DNA from: Terriglobia bacterium
Lineage (GTDB): Bacteria; Acidobacteriota; Terriglobia; 2-12-FULL-54-10
Assembly: GCA_963666975.2 (NCBI GenBank)
Contig: CAXVYR010000004.1
Location: forward strand, 320,001-384,000
Length of the DNA: 64,000 nucleotides
Direction: 5' to 3'
Part shown: one piece after another, positions 19,876 to 29,792 of the stretch
Position numbering within the stretch: position 1 is the first letter of the stretch
Layout: the number at the start of each line of letters is the position of its first letter
Notes under the pieces: model-generated
What the model was told of the DNA's origin: nothing
What the model saw: only the letters and a program-made list of their open reading frames with translations
The model's database searches: none
Made by a program: the position numbers and the translations under genes

Positions 19876-20565
19876 ATGAATCTCGCTCTCATCGGCTACG
19901 GCAAAATGGGCCGCCTCATCGAAGAGTTGGCCATCGCCCGCGGACACCGCGTAGTCTTCAAAGTAGACATTGACGAGAACCACGACGGGCTGGCACTCAC
20001 CGAGCGCAATCTGAAGGGCGTGGACGTTGCCGTGGACTTCACCACGCCGGAGGCGGTGGTCCGGAGCGTGGAGCGAGTGACGGCCCTGGGCGTCAATATG
20101 GTGGTCGGCACCACCGGCTGGATGGACCAGTTGGAAGCGGTTCGCAGCATGGTGGAAGCAAAAGGGGTTGGTTTTGTTTACGGGTCGAACTTCTCGATTG
20201 GGGTGAACCTGTTTTTCCGGCTGATGGAGGCCGCTGCCGCCCAGTTTCGCCAGCACTTGCAGTATGACCCGTGGATTTATGAGATTCACCACCGCGCCAA
20301 GCTCGACGCCCCTTCCGGCACTGCTCTCAAGCTGAAGCAGATCCTCGAAAAGGTTTACGAAGGCCGCGAGGTTTCAACCGCCAGCAACCGCGCCGGGACG
20401 CTGCCCGGAGAGCATACGGTAGGATTTGACTCCGAGGCCGACACCCTGACCTTCACCCACACGGCCCGCAGCCGGCTGGGGTTTGCTTCCGGGGCGCTTC
20501 ACGCCGCTGAATGGGTGCTTGGGAAAAAGGGCTTCTACGAGTTCCCTGATATCCTCTCCGGCTGA
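19876..20565 (+). CDS. dapB: 4-hydroxy-tetrahydrodipicolinate reductase
   Basis: IGYGKMG, GTTGW, SNFSIG, EIHHRAKLDAPSGTA. Confidence 0.95.
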   Translation: MNLALIGYGKMGRLIEELAIARGHRVVFKVDIDENHDGLALTERNLKGVDVAVDFTTPEAVVRSVERVTALGVNMVVGTTGWMDQLEAVRSMVEAKGVGFVYGSNFSIGVNLFFRLMEAAAAQFRQHLQYDPWIYEIHHRAKLDAPSGTALKLKQILEKVYEGREVSTASNRAGTLPGEHTVGFDSEADTLTFTHTARSRLGFASGALHAAEWVLGKKGFYEFPDILSG

Positions 20566-20643
20566 GCTGTTTTGTTCTTCATTTCAGTTGAGGTTTCAGT
20601 TGACATGGCTTTGAATTTCGGGGTCCCTTTGTGGAAACTGGAC

Positions 20644-20672
20644 TTGACAGGGGCCAAACTGTTTCCTAACAT
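20644..20672 (+). promoter_or_regulatory. Sigma70-like promoter of the HU gene
   Basis: TTGACA-N17-TAACAT. Confidence 0.5.
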
Positions 20673-20724
20673 GCTTTTTCGTTCTTTCTGACCGAACAGT
20701 ACTCAATCTGACAGGAGATAACCT

Positions 20725-20991
20725 GTGATTAAGCTTGACATCATCAATGAAGTAGTCAATCGGACTGGGATCACCAAAACGAAGGCGGAAGCGGCTGTAG
20801 AAACTGTCTTCGAAACCATGAAGAAGGCCCTGGAACAAGGGGACCGGATCGAGTTGCGGGGCTTTGGTGTCTTTAATGTGAAGCCCCGGAAAACGGGCGT
20901 GGGCCGCAATCCCCGGACAGGAGCGGAGGTCAATATACCTCCCGGAAAAGCGGTGCGTTTTAAGCCTGGCAAGGAACTGCAAACGCTGTAA
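20725..20991 (+). CDS. HU/IHF-family DNA-binding protein
   Basis: IELRGFGVF, GRNPRTG, VRFKPGKEL. Confidence 0.95.
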   Translation: MIKLDIINEVVNRTGITKTKAEAAVETVFETMKKALEQGDRIELRGFGVFNVKPRKTGVGRNPRTGAEVNIPPGKAVRFKPGKELQTL

Positions 20992-21036
20992 TCGTTGGCG
21001 CGCACGAGAGTTGCCCAGAAAAAAGATTTCCATCGC

Positions 21037-21063
21037 AAGCGAGCCTGCCCGGCTCGCTTTTTT
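21037..21063 (+). terminator. Rho-independent terminator
   Basis: aagcgagcc-tgccc-ggctcgctt followed by a T-run. Confidence 0.8.
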
Positions 21064-21086
21064 GTTGGTTCACTCTTATTTGATCA

Positions 21087-22091
21087 ATGAACGAAAAATC
21101 TTGGCAGCCCCAGCCGGAAAACCCTGATGCGCCTCCCTCCCCTGCCGGGGAAGAACCGGCGGCGGCAGAAACCCGTGCGCAGCAGACCTCTCCGCGATTC
21201 TGGCTACCGCTTTGCCTGCTGGCATTGACGGTCCTGACGACGCTGGCCGTCGGGTCCCGGCTCGCCGTCAATTACCAACAGGTCCGGCCTGCCTATACAA
21301 TTGAATCGGACTTGAACCTCTATTCGATCCTAATGTCTTTTGCCGGGCTGCTGGCCAATCCGGCGCAACTGCTCCTGGGGATTCCCTTCTCCCTGACCTT
21401 GCTGGGCATCCTGCTGGCACATGAATTAGGCCACTTTTTCACCTGCCGCCATTACCGGATACAGTCCAGCTACCCTTATTTCATTCCCGCGCCCACGCTC
21501 CTGGGCACCATGGGGGCATTCCTTCGCATTGAATCACAGATCGTCACCCGCCGCGCTTTGTTCGACGTGGGACTCTCAGGCCCTCTGGTGGGGTTCGCTA
21601 TAGCCCTGCCCGTTCTGCTGTATGGCATCTCCTCCTCGAAGGTAATTCCCCTGATCCATATCGGCGGCGTGGTGGAACTGGGCAACCCTCCCCTTGTTCT
21701 GCTGTTGGACGGTTTGTTTTTTCCGGGCATCTCCCCATCCAACATCTACCTTCACCCGGTCGCCCGCGCCGCCTGGGTGGGTTTGTTCGCAACGGCTATG
21801 AACCTGCTTCCCGTCGGCCAGCTGGACGGCGGACACATCCTCTACTCGCTGTTTAGCAGGCAGCATCGGATTGTTTCACTCGGCGTCACGCTGCTGTTGC
21901 TCGCGATCGGATTGCTTCCCGGCATGTGGATCGGATGGACTGTCTGGGGAGTATTGCTGCTGCTGCTCGGCCTCCGCCATCCCAGCGTGATGGACCCGGA
22001 GCCGCTTGGTAATCGCCGGCGATGGATGGCTGCCCTGGCGCTGGCGTTATTGTTCCTTTGTTTTACCCCTGTGCCTTTTGCGACGCATTAG
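21087..22091 (+). CDS. Site-2 protease (M50 family)
   Basis: HELGH and NLLPVGQLDGGH motifs, multiple TM segments. Confidence 0.93.
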   Translation: MNEKSWQPQPENPDAPPSPAGEEPAAAETRAQQTSPRFWLPLCLLALTVLTTLAVGSRLAVNYQQVRPAYTIESDLNLYSILMSFAGLLANPAQLLLGIPFSLTLLGILLAHELGHFFTCRHYRIQSSYPYFIPAPTLLGTMGAFLRIESQIVTRRALFDVGLSGPLVGFAIALPVLLYGISSSKVIPLIHIGGVVELGNPPLVLLLDGLFFPGISPSNIYLHPVARAAWVGLFATAMNLLPVGQLDGGHILYSLFSRQHRIVSLGVTLLLLAIGLLPGMWIGWTVWGVLLLLLGLRHPSVMDPEPLGNRRRWMAALALALLFLCFTPVPFATH

Positions 22092-22180
22092 AAACCCCTC
22101 CCGGCGGGCCTGGCAATTCGCAAGGAAAGGCGCCCTATCAATAGTGGTGGTTTTGGATACGATAAGGGATTGGAGTTGTT

Positions 22181-22984
22181 ATGGCCGGCATGCAATGCAA
22201 ATGGGGAACAATTCTTTTAGGGCTTGCAGTTTTTAGCATTGTTGCCTTTGCCGTTGCCTTTGCCCTGGGCTGGTTAAAAACCCTTTACTACTTCGACGCC
22301 TTCGGCATTGGTCTCTCGTCATTGGAATTGTCCTTGCTGGATTATTTGTTCGAAAGTTGGTTCGTCCTCCAAAATGTCTTCTTTTTCGTTCTGCTGTTTT
22401 GGTTTGTAGTGAAAACCAGCCGCTGGTGGGCTATAGCGCTCGGTGTTCTTTATTTCTTCCTGCCCATCGCATCCCATTACGCCTTTCTCGCGGACCGGCA
22501 GTGGCTCGCGGAATGGCTGATCAACTACCGCCACACCCTGCTGAAATTTGTGCCCTTCGGCGTCTATGCCGCTGCCTGGTTGTTCGACAAACGGAGCTTT
22601 GAAAACCTCAAGAGCTTGTCATGGCCTCACAGTAAAGCGGCCCTGAGCCTCTTCGTCATTTTTATCCTGGCGTGGGCGGTCTCCACGGCAAAGCATTTCG
22701 GCAGCTTCGACGCCAATCGCGTGCTGAGATCGCCGGAGCAGTATTTGTCTCGCGTTAAGCTGCACCCCGAAAGCAGCATCGCCGCGCAATCGCAGATTTC
22801 CGACACAAGCGACCTTTACGTTGTTTATGCGAGTACGAGCCGTTACTTCCTGTGGCATCACGAAGGGTTCCGCTTCGCCGAGCCGAACCAACAGGTGCAT
22901 CTGCTGGTCATCCCGAAAGAAGCGGTGGAGTGGTTGGAAAGCTGGAAACCATTTCAGGTACAGCCCGGATCGGTTTTTTTCTAG
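22181..22984 (+). CDS. Hypothetical multi-pass membrane protein
   Basis: 267-aa ORF with about 5 hydrophobic segments, RBS GGAG. Confidence 0.65.
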   Translation: MAGMQCKWGTILLGLAVFSIVAFAVAFALGWLKTLYYFDAFGIGLSSLELSLLDYLFESWFVLQNVFFFVLLFWFVVKTSRWWAIALGVLYFFLPIASHYAFLADRQWLAEWLINYRHTLLKFVPFGVYAAAWLFDKRSFENLKSLSWPHSKAALSLFVIFILAWAVSTAKHFGSFDANRVLRSPEQYLSRVKLHPESSIAAQSQISDTSDLYVVYASTSRYFLWHHEGFRFAEPNQQVHLLVIPKEAVEWLESWKPFQVQPGSVFF

Positions 22985-23070
22985 CTGTGCAGGTAAAATT
23001 TGAAATCTTGTCGTGAACCAAATCACTGGAATGCATCTTTTAATCCCTGCCTCCTTGGGAAAGCTCTTTC

Positions 23071-25302
23071 TTAACTCAACGACTGCGGGTCCACGTCGAT
23101 GATCAAGGCAGCCGCTGGAAAGTTCTCTCGGCGGGCGAATTCCCGGCAGGAAACCAAAATTTCGCGCAGCGTGTTGCGGCGGGCTGCTTTAATCAGAAAC
23201 TGGTAGCGGTAGTCCTTCTTGAGGCGAAAGATGGGCGCCGAGGCCGGGCCCAGCAGCCTCACGCCCGATTTTTGCGCTCCCTCCAGATGCCTCCCCAGCC
23301 TTCCGGTGAGCTTCAGCGCTGTTTCCGCACTGGGACTTTTCACCACCAGATTGGCCAGCACGGAAAACGGAGGGTAGTGCAGGAGCTTCCGGTAGCGCAA
23401 TTCCTGCCGGTAGAACTGATCGTAGTCCTGCGCGGCGGCAGCGCGAATGGCGTAATGGTCCGGGTAGTATGTCTGGATGATTACCTCTCCGGGCAAATCC
23501 CCACGGCCGGCACGGCCGGCCACCTGCGTCAGCAACTGGAAGGTGCGTTCTGCGGCCCGGAAGTCCGGCCGGGCGAGCCCGATATCGGCGCTGATCACCC
23601 CCACCAGCGTCACACGGTGAATGTCATGTCCCTTGGCGATCATCTGGGTGCCGACCAGGATATCCAGCTCGTGATTCCGAAATGCAGACAGGATCGCCTC
23701 CCCCTGTCCCCGGCCGCGCGCCGTGTCGCGGTCCAGTCTCCCGATGCGCGCCTGCGGAAAGTGCTCGTGCAGAGTTTCTTCTATCCGTTCCGAGCCTTCT
23801 CCGACAAAGTAAATATGCTCGCTCGAACAGCCAGGACATTTTCGCGGCACGGGCCGCGCAAATCCGCAATAGTGGCAAAGCAGGCGTCCGATCCGCCGGT
23901 GATGGGTCAGGACAATACTACAGTTGTTGCACTGGACGGCCTCGCCGCAGCTTCGGCACAAGACGAAGGCGGAATAGCCACGGCGGTTCAGCAGGATCAG
24001 GCTCTGCTCTTTCTGCTCCAAGCGCTTGGCGATCTCCTCTTGCAGCCGCCGCGACAAAAAGCCCGCCTTTCCGGTTTCGGCGAACTCCTCCCTCATGTCC
24101 ACGACTGCGGTCTCCGGCAAGGGCCGCTCCAGGACGCGCTGCTCCAATTCAAGCAAACGATACTTTCCTTGCTCGGCGTTGTAACGGGTTTCCAGAGCCG
24201 GGGTGGCGGAGCCGAGAATCACCGTGGCTCCCGCCTCCCGCGCCCGCAGGATGGCCACGTCCCGCCCGTTGTATCGCGGCGCTTCGTCCTGCTTGTAGCT
24301 GGAATCCTGTTCCTCATCGACGATCACCAGGCCGGGACGGTCCAGTGGCGCCATCACCGCCGAGCGAGTGCCCAAGACCACATCCGAGTGCCCTGCCCTC
24401 ACGCGCTGCCATTGAGCCGCCCGCTCCCCCTCGCCCAGCCCGCTGTGCAGCAGAGCCACGCGGGAACCGAAGCGGCTGGTAAACAGACCCGCCATGGCCG
24501 GCGTTAAATTGATCTCCGGAACCAGCATCAGCACCGGACGATTTCGCCGCAATGCCGTCTCCATGGCGCGCAAATAAACCTCCGTTTTGCCGCTCCCTGT
24601 GACTCCTTGCAGCAGCAGTACGGAAAATTTTCCGGTCTCCATCGCTTGCTGAACTCTTGTGAGAGCTTCTCGCTGTTGCCGTGTCAGTTCATGGCCCTTC
24701 CCCCACTCGGGGAGAACTTCCCCGCCCGTCCCTGCTTGCAGGCCGGGGTCCGAGCGAGCCTGGAGCGTCCGCTCCCACCCAATCCATCCCCGGCGCTCGA
24801 GTTTGCGGAGCATTGGCGCGGAGTCTCGCAGAGACTCTTGCCGGATGCCCTTGCGCCGTGCCAGGCGGTTCAGCAGCGCCAACTCGTCAGTGGAAGCCTT
24901 CTTGGAAAAGGATTTCTGCTGCAAGGAGATATGGAGAGCGCGCTCGCCTTTGGCGGTCAGCACTGCTTTCGTCGTTTTGCGAACAGCAGGATTCCGGGGC
25001 AACAGCGCGGCCAGAGCCTCTCCCACGGGGACCTGGTAGTAGCCCGCCATCCACGCTCCCAGACGAAGCAATTCATTGGAGAGGGCAGGCTCTTCGTCCA
25101 TTGTCGCCTGGATAGGCTTGATTAACTTCCGCTCGATATCCGCCGGTTGCACCCCGCAACGCAGGACCACTCCCACCAATTTGCGCGTCCCGAAAGGCAC
25201 AATCACGCGCATCCCCGGCTTAATTTCGAGCGAAGGGGGAACAGAGTAGAAAAACAATTTGTCGAGCGGTACGGGAACGGCTACTTCACAGAACTGAGTC
25301 AT
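23071..25302 (-). CDS. priA: Primosomal protein N' (replication restart helicase)
   Basis: GVTGSGKTEVY, DEEQ, Cys clusters, GTQMIAKG, QVAGRAGR, IDVDP. Confidence 0.97.
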   Translation of the reverse strand: MTQFCEVAVPVPLDKLFFYSVPPSLEIKPGMRVIVPFGTRKLVGVVLRCGVQPADIERKLIKPIQATMDEEPALSNELLRLGAWMAGYYQVPVGEALAALLPRNPAVRKTTKAVLTAKGERALHISLQQKSFSKKASTDELALLNRLARRKGIRQESLRDSAPMLRKLERRGWIGWERTLQARSDPGLQAGTGGEVLPEWGKGHELTRQQREALTRVQQAMETGKFSVLLLQGVTGSGKTEVYLRAMETALRRNRPVLMLVPEINLTPAMAGLFTSRFGSRVALLHSGLGEGERAAQWQRVRAGHSDVVLGTRSAVMAPLDRPGLVIVDEEQDSSYKQDEAPRYNGRDVAILRAREAGATVILGSATPALETRYNAEQGKYRLLELEQRVLERPLPETAVVDMREEFAETGKAGFLSRRLQEEIAKRLEQKEQSLILLNRRGYSAFVLCRSCGEAVQCNNCSIVLTHHRRIGRLLCHYCGFARPVPRKCPGCSSEHIYFVGEGSERIEETLHEHFPQARIGRLDRDTARGRGQGEAILSAFRNHELDILVGTQMIAKGHDIHRVTLVGVISADIGLARPDFRAAERTFQLLTQVAGRAGRGDLPGEVIIQTYYPDHYAIRAAAAQDYDQFYRQELRYRKLLHYPPFSVLANLVVKSPSAETALKLTGRLGRHLEGAQKSGVRLLGPASAPIFRLKKDYRYQFLIKAARRNTLREILVSCREFARRENFPAAALIIDVDPQSLS

Positions 25303-25549
25303 ATCCACAGGGTTCCGTAGCTGTTATTGCTGATAATAAACAACTTGTTGGCTTTGTTTCGCAAAATATTATCTTTCACCCAAAAACTCCACGCTTACCG
25401 AAGGCAGACAGGGCAGGCTGTGTCCTGTTCTTTACTCGCCTTCCTTCGCCAGTATGAGCTGCGTACCGGGAGAGCGTCAAACCATTCTTCCGAAAATTCC
25501 GAGAGAACCGAAAGGGTGGGTGCGGGTCAGTTTCCGGGAAGGGCGTTTA

Positions 25550-25640
25550 TAATGAGAACCGATCCAAACCGCAATCGTGGAGGTGCTGTAATCAGAGCCG
25601 CGCCTGTCCCGAGCGCAGTCGAGGGAACAGTAATGGAGCG
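25550..25640 (+). repeat. Left copy of a 67-bp direct repeat, carrying a 24-bp insertion (25603-25626)
   Basis: 62 of 67 positions match 26515-26581 once the insert is removed. Confidence 0.85.
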
Positions 25641-25898
25641 GTTTCGTAGCCACCGCCCGCCATGCCTGCCCTGAGCGAAGCCGAAGGGGCGGTTTAGGCG
25701 GGTCGACCTTAAACTGGGAGGGAATTTATTGGACACGCAAGAAGGCATTACAAACAAAGTCGGTTCCACCGCAGTTCGCCGCCAGCGGTTTCGTGTTCGG
25801 TTGTCCAGAACCGGTTTTATCCAAGCCAGCCTGAACATGAGTTAGGTCCTCCTACAGACCGGTGGGCGTGACACCGTCTCGGATGGTAAGATTCTTCT

Positions 25899-26192
25899 GT
25901 GGTCTATGAAATCCGGTTCGCCTCTTCGGCCAAACGCCACCTTCAGGCATTTCCCGTCGGCAAACGCACCGTGAATGTAGCTGCAGTTGAGACACAGCTT
26001 TCACACGAACCTCTGGTGGAGACGCGCAACCGCAAGCGTCTTCGACCAAATCCCATCGCACCTTGGGAACTGCGTGTGAGGAGCATGCGGGTGTTCTACG
26101 ATGTGGACCAACCCGGTGTGGTTACGGTCCTGGCAATCGGAGCGAAACGCGGCAACAAGCTGCACATCGAAGGCGAGGAGATGGAATTATGA
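25899..26192 (+). CDS. RelE/ParE-family toxin
   Basis: YEIRFASSAKRHL, RKRLRPN, WELRVRSMRVFYDV, VLAIGAK. Confidence 0.85.
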   Translation: MVYEIRFASSAKRHLQAFPVGKRTVNVAAVETQLSHEPLVETRNRKRLRPNPIAPWELRVRSMRVFYDVDQPGVVTVLAIGAKRGNKLHIEGEEMEL

Positions 26193-26500
26193 AAACCCTG
26201 GAACTGAAAAAGGCATCGAAGGCGCTTGCCGATTATGCAACCAATTTGGGCTCGGAATCCATCGTGATTACCTCGAATAAGAAGCCGGTTGCTGCTCTTG
26301 TGCCGCTCAAAGGGGTGGAACGGGAGTCTCTGTCTCTTAGCCTAAATCCAGCGTTTCTGAAAATCATCCGTCGTGCGCGCGCAGAAGTTCGCCGAGGGGA
26401 GGTCTATTCGCTGAACCAGGTAAAGCAAGAGATGCTTCCCGAGACCGCGAGACCTAACAAGCCGTTGCGCCGGACGCGCCGAAAACCGTCTCGCCGCTGA
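26189..26500 (+). CDS. Phd/YefM-like antitoxin
   Basis: ATGA overlap with toxin; IVITSNKKPVAALVP; C-terminus reads through the attC-like site (RPNKPLRRT). Confidence 0.78.
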   Translation: MKTLELKKASKALADYATNLGSESIVITSNKKPVAALVPLKGVERESLSLSLNPAFLKIIRRARAEVRRGEVYSLNQVKQEMLPETARPNKPLRRTRRKPSRR

Positions 26501-26514
26501 GCGCCGGGGGCTTT

Positions 26515-26581
26515 TAATGAGAACCGATCCACACCGCCATCGTGGGGGTGCCGTAATCCGAGCCGCGACAGTAATGGAGCG
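26515..26581 (+). repeat. Right copy of the 67-bp direct repeat (no insertion)
   Basis: taatgagaaccgatcc...gagccgcgacagtaatggagcg. Confidence 0.85.
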
Positions 26582-26652
26582 TCCACCCAGGGCTGCCATT
26601 GAGACAATGCAAGGGTAGTACCAAGTCTAAAGAGCGTCCTATAATCTCATTC

Positions 26653-27540
26653 TCAATCCCGTGAGGATTTCAAATAGGCGAGGATCATCTTCAGATCGGC
26701 CCACGATTCGCGCTTCTTGCTGGGATCGCGCAACAAATAGGCGGGATGATAAGACACCAGCACCGGGAAACCTTGAAATTCGTGCCACTGCCCGCGGAGG
26801 CTCGCCATCGATTGGCGCACCCCCAGCAGCGTCTCGGCGGCGGTCGCCCCCAAGGCGCAGACTACGCGGGGTTGAATCGCATTCAACTGGCGCTCCACAA
26901 ATGGACGGCAGGCGGCGATTTCATCCTTCTCCGGCTTGCGGTTTTCCGGCGGGCGGCATTTGACGATGTTGCAGATGTAGACCTCGGATCGGGGAATCCC
27001 CATTCCCTTTTCAATCATATCCGTCAGAAGCTGTCCGGCGCGCCCCACAAAGGGCAACCCCTGGCGATCTTCATCCGCGCCCGGCCCTTCCCCCACGAAC
27101 ACCAATTCGGCCTTGGGATTCCCGGACCCGAATACAATGTTCGTGCGGCCCTTCCACAGCTTGCAGCGGCGGCAGTCGCCTAAATCTTCTTGGATCGCCT
27201 GCAAACTTTCGCCGGAATAAGAAGCCGCAAGTAAATCTTTACTCCTGGACTGGCGAGCCGGTTTGGAATTGGAAAGTAAAGAGCTGGCAGCGAGCGCAGG
27301 CGCCTCTGCCTCTGCGGACGCCCGGTCGCCCGTTAAGTGGTTAGGCGAGTGACTGGCCGAGCGAGTTTGGTCTGGTTCTGTCACCGCTGCCTGGCTGGCT
27401 GGAGACGCCGCGATGTTCTCGATGTTCTCCTCATTGGAAGAACCAGCGCCACGCAGATACAAATGAGTGAATCCCAGTTGGCGGTAATACTTCAGCCAGT
27501 TGGCAAGCTCGCGGGACAGTGCTCTCTCAGGATTTTCCAT
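26653..27540 (-). CDS. Uracil-DNA glycosylase family 4 with low-complexity N-terminal extension
   Basis: CRRCKL, GEGPG, PFVGRAG, NIVKCRPPENR, YHPAYLLR. Confidence 0.93.
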   Translation of the reverse strand: MENPERALSRELANWLKYYRQLGFTHLYLRGAGSSNEENIENIAASPASQAAVTEPDQTRSASHSPNHLTGDRASAEAEAPALAASSLLSNSKPARQSRSKDLLAASYSGESLQAIQEDLGDCRRCKLWKGRTNIVFGSGNPKAELVFVGEGPGADEDRQGLPFVGRAGQLLTDMIEKGMGIPRSEVYICNIVKCRPPENRKPEKDEIAACRPFVERQLNAIQPRVVCALGATAAETLLGVRQSMASLRGQWHEFQGFPVLVSYHPAYLLRDPSKKRESWADLKMILAYLKSSRD

Positions 27541-28735
27541 GGGACTGATATCTGACGATTTCGTTCAGAATTTCGTTGGCCACCTCGATCTTCTTCAGGC
27601 GCGGCAGTTGCCTCTCCAGTCCGTCACGGCCCAGGATGGTCACGGTGTTGTAATCGGAATCAAAGCCGCTTCCGTTTTTGCCGACCTCGTTGGCCACCAC
27701 AAAATCAAGATGCTTGGCTTCGAGCTTCGCGCGGGCGCTGGCCACCAGGTTTTCCGTCTCGGCTGCAAATCCCACCACAATCTGGCCGCTTTTGCGGCGG
27801 GCAACCTCGGACAGGATGTCTTCTGTGGGCTCCAGCGCCAATGACAAATCCTTGCCGGTCTTCCGCATCTTTTGTCCGGCGCGCTTCCGGGGACGGTAGT
27901 CGGCCGCAGCCGCTGCTTTTACCAAAATCGAAGCCTCCGGCAGCCGTTTCAGAACGGCGGCACTCATCTCGGCCACCGTGGTCACGGGGATATACTCCAC
28001 CCCCGGAGGCGGATCGAGGGCGGTAGGCCCGCTGATGAGCAGCGCCCGCGCCCCTCTGCGTTGCGCGGCCTCGGCCACGGCATAGCCCATCTTGCCGCTG
28101 GAGCGGTTGCTGATAAACCGGACCGGGTCGATCTCCTCTCGCGTGGGCCCGGCAGTCACCAGCACCACTTCCCCTTTGAAGTCCTCCCTGACGCCCAGCG
28201 TTTCGAGAATTCGCTGCAGGATGGCCTCGGTCCCGGCGAGGCGTCCGGGGCCGGTCATACCGCAGGCCAGGTAGCCTTCATCCGGCTCGACGATGGAAAC
28301 GCCCCTCTTTCGCAAGGATTCCAGGTTGTCACGCGTGGCCGGGTGTTCCCACATGTTCACATTCATGGCCGGGGCCACTACGACCGGGGCCTTTGTGGCG
28401 AGATAGAGAGTGGAGAGGAAATCATCCGCGACGCCGTGAGCAAACTTCGCCAGGCAATCCGCCGTGGCTGGGACCACGGCCAGCAGGTCAATGGATTGCG
28501 CCACCGCAATATGCTCAATGGCGCTTTCCACGTTCGCGTCTTGCTGGCCGGAACCGAACATATCGGTGATGACCTTTTGTCCGGTGAGAGCCGCAAAGGT
28601 AAGCGGGCGGACGAACTCCTGCCCGTGGGCCGTCATGATGACATGCACTTCGAGCCCTCGCTGCTGCAACTCGCGCACCAGTTCCGCCGCCTTATAAGCG
28701 GCAATCCCGCCCGCGACGCCCACTGCTACTTTCAT
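27527..28735 (-). CDS. coaBC: Phosphopantothenoylcysteine decarboxylase/ligase
   Basis: GGIAAYKA, APAMNVNM, LACG, TAGPTREEIDPVRFISNRSSGKMG, GFAAET. Confidence 0.97.
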   Translation of the reverse strand: MKVAVGVAGGIAAYKAAELVRELQQRGLEVHVIMTAHGQEFVRPLTFAALTGQKVITDMFGSGQQDANVESAIEHIAVAQSIDLLAVVPATADCLAKFAHGVADDFLSTLYLATKAPVVVAPAMNVNMWEHPATRDNLESLRKRGVSIVEPDEGYLACGMTGPGRLAGTEAILQRILETLGVREDFKGEVVLVTAGPTREEIDPVRFISNRSSGKMGYAVAEAAQRRGARALLISGPTALDPPPGVEYIPVTTVAEMSAAVLKRLPEASILVKAAAAADYRPRKRAGQKMRKTGKDLSLALEPTEDILSEVARRKSGQIVVGFAAETENLVASARAKLEAKHLDFVVANEVGKNGSGFDSDYNTVTILGRDGLERQLPRLKKIEVANEILNEIVRYQSHGKS

Positions 28736-28821
28736 AGTTCTACTTTCATCGTTCTACTTTCCGGGTTCTGCCCGTCTGTGCATTCCCCTGCCCTGGTTCA
28801 AGGGCTTTCCCTTCTTGCGCG

Positions 28822-29058
28822 TCATTTTTTACTCTTTTTGGCGGGAGTTTTCTTTTCCCGTTCTGCTTCGGAATCCGGCAGCGGTGGAAATTCAAACCGC
28901 AACATACCGGCCCGCAGTTCCTCCTGCGCGATTCGGGTATTTTTGTGTACCGTGGTGTGGAGCAGCGATTTGGCCCCTCCCTGTAACTGTCTGGCCCGCT
29001 TGGCAGCCAAGAGTATAAAGCGATATTTGCTGTCGACCTTGTCGGTGTTATCCGGCAT
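28822..29058 (-). CDS. rpoZ: RNA polymerase omega subunit
   Basis: SKYRFILLAAKRARQL; gmk-rpoZ-coaBC synteny. Confidence 0.92.
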   Translation of the reverse strand: MPDNTDKVDSKYRFILLAAKRARQLQGGAKSLLHTTVHKNTRIAQEELRAGMLRFEFPPLPDSEAEREKKTPAKKSKK

Positions 29059-29061
29059 TCA

Positions 29062-29748
29062 TTAACCTCCAAAACTTGCAAGGATCGGTTGGACCCGCGT
29101 TTGCACACGCTCTTTCAAACAGCCCTCCGCCAGAGCCCGCACGGACTCAAAAGCCTTGGACCCCGGCTGCGCCTGCGGTTCCTTTTGCAAGCGCCACCGC
29201 TCCGTCAGCACAATGGCTTTCAACTGCCCGGCGGAGCGCTCCAACTGATCGTTGATGAGAATATAATCATACTGATCATAACCTTGTATTTCTTTGGCTG
29301 CGTCCTGCAGCCGCTTCCGAATCACCTCCTCGGAATCCTGACTCCTGTGCCTCAACCTCCACTCCAGTTCCTTACGGGAAGGAGGAAGAATAAAAACGGA
29401 GGCCGCCTCCTGAATCTTCTTCTTCACCTGGACGGCGCCTTGCACGTCAATATCCAGCAGCAGGTCTTTCCCCCCTTTCACGGCCTCTTCCAGAAAGCGG
29501 CGGGCCGTCCCGTAGTAGTTCCCAAAAACCTCGGCCCATTCCAGCAGGCCCTGTTGCTGGATCATTTTCTGGAACTCCTCGCGGGTCACAAAAAAATACT
29601 CCTTGCCGTTTTGTTCCTGACCCCTCGGCGGCCGAGTCGTATAGGAGACGGAGAAATGAAGTCCGTCCAGCTCCTGCAGCAACCTTCCCACCAGCGTGGT
29701 TTTCCCGGAACCCGATGGAGCCGAAATGATAAAGATGCCTGTCTTCAT
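29062..29748 (-). CDS. gmk: Guanylate kinase
   Basis: SAPSGSGKTT, SVSYTTRPPR, YYGT, DIDVQGA. Confidence 0.97.
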   Translation of the reverse strand: MKTGIFIISAPSGSGKTTLVGRLLQELDGLHFSVSYTTRPPRGQEQNGKEYFFVTREEFQKMIQQQGLLEWAEVFGNYYGTARRFLEEAVKGGKDLLLDIDVQGAVQVKKKIQEAASVFILPPSRKELEWRLRHRSQDSEEVIRKRLQDAAKEIQGYDQYDYILINDQLERSAGQLKAIVLTERWRLQKEPQAQPGSKAFESVRALAEGCLKERVQTRVQPILASFGG

Positions 29749-29792
29749 AGTTCCCGGACACCTCTGACCGCGCTGGGCAGCTAGCCGCTTTC

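Larger units (their letters stand above)
25841..26510 (+). mobile_element. Integron-cassette-like unit carrying a TA pair
   Basis: GTTAGGT core at 25841, complementary ACCTAAC inverse core at 26452, followed by an attC-like imperfect palindrome. Confidence 0.6.
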
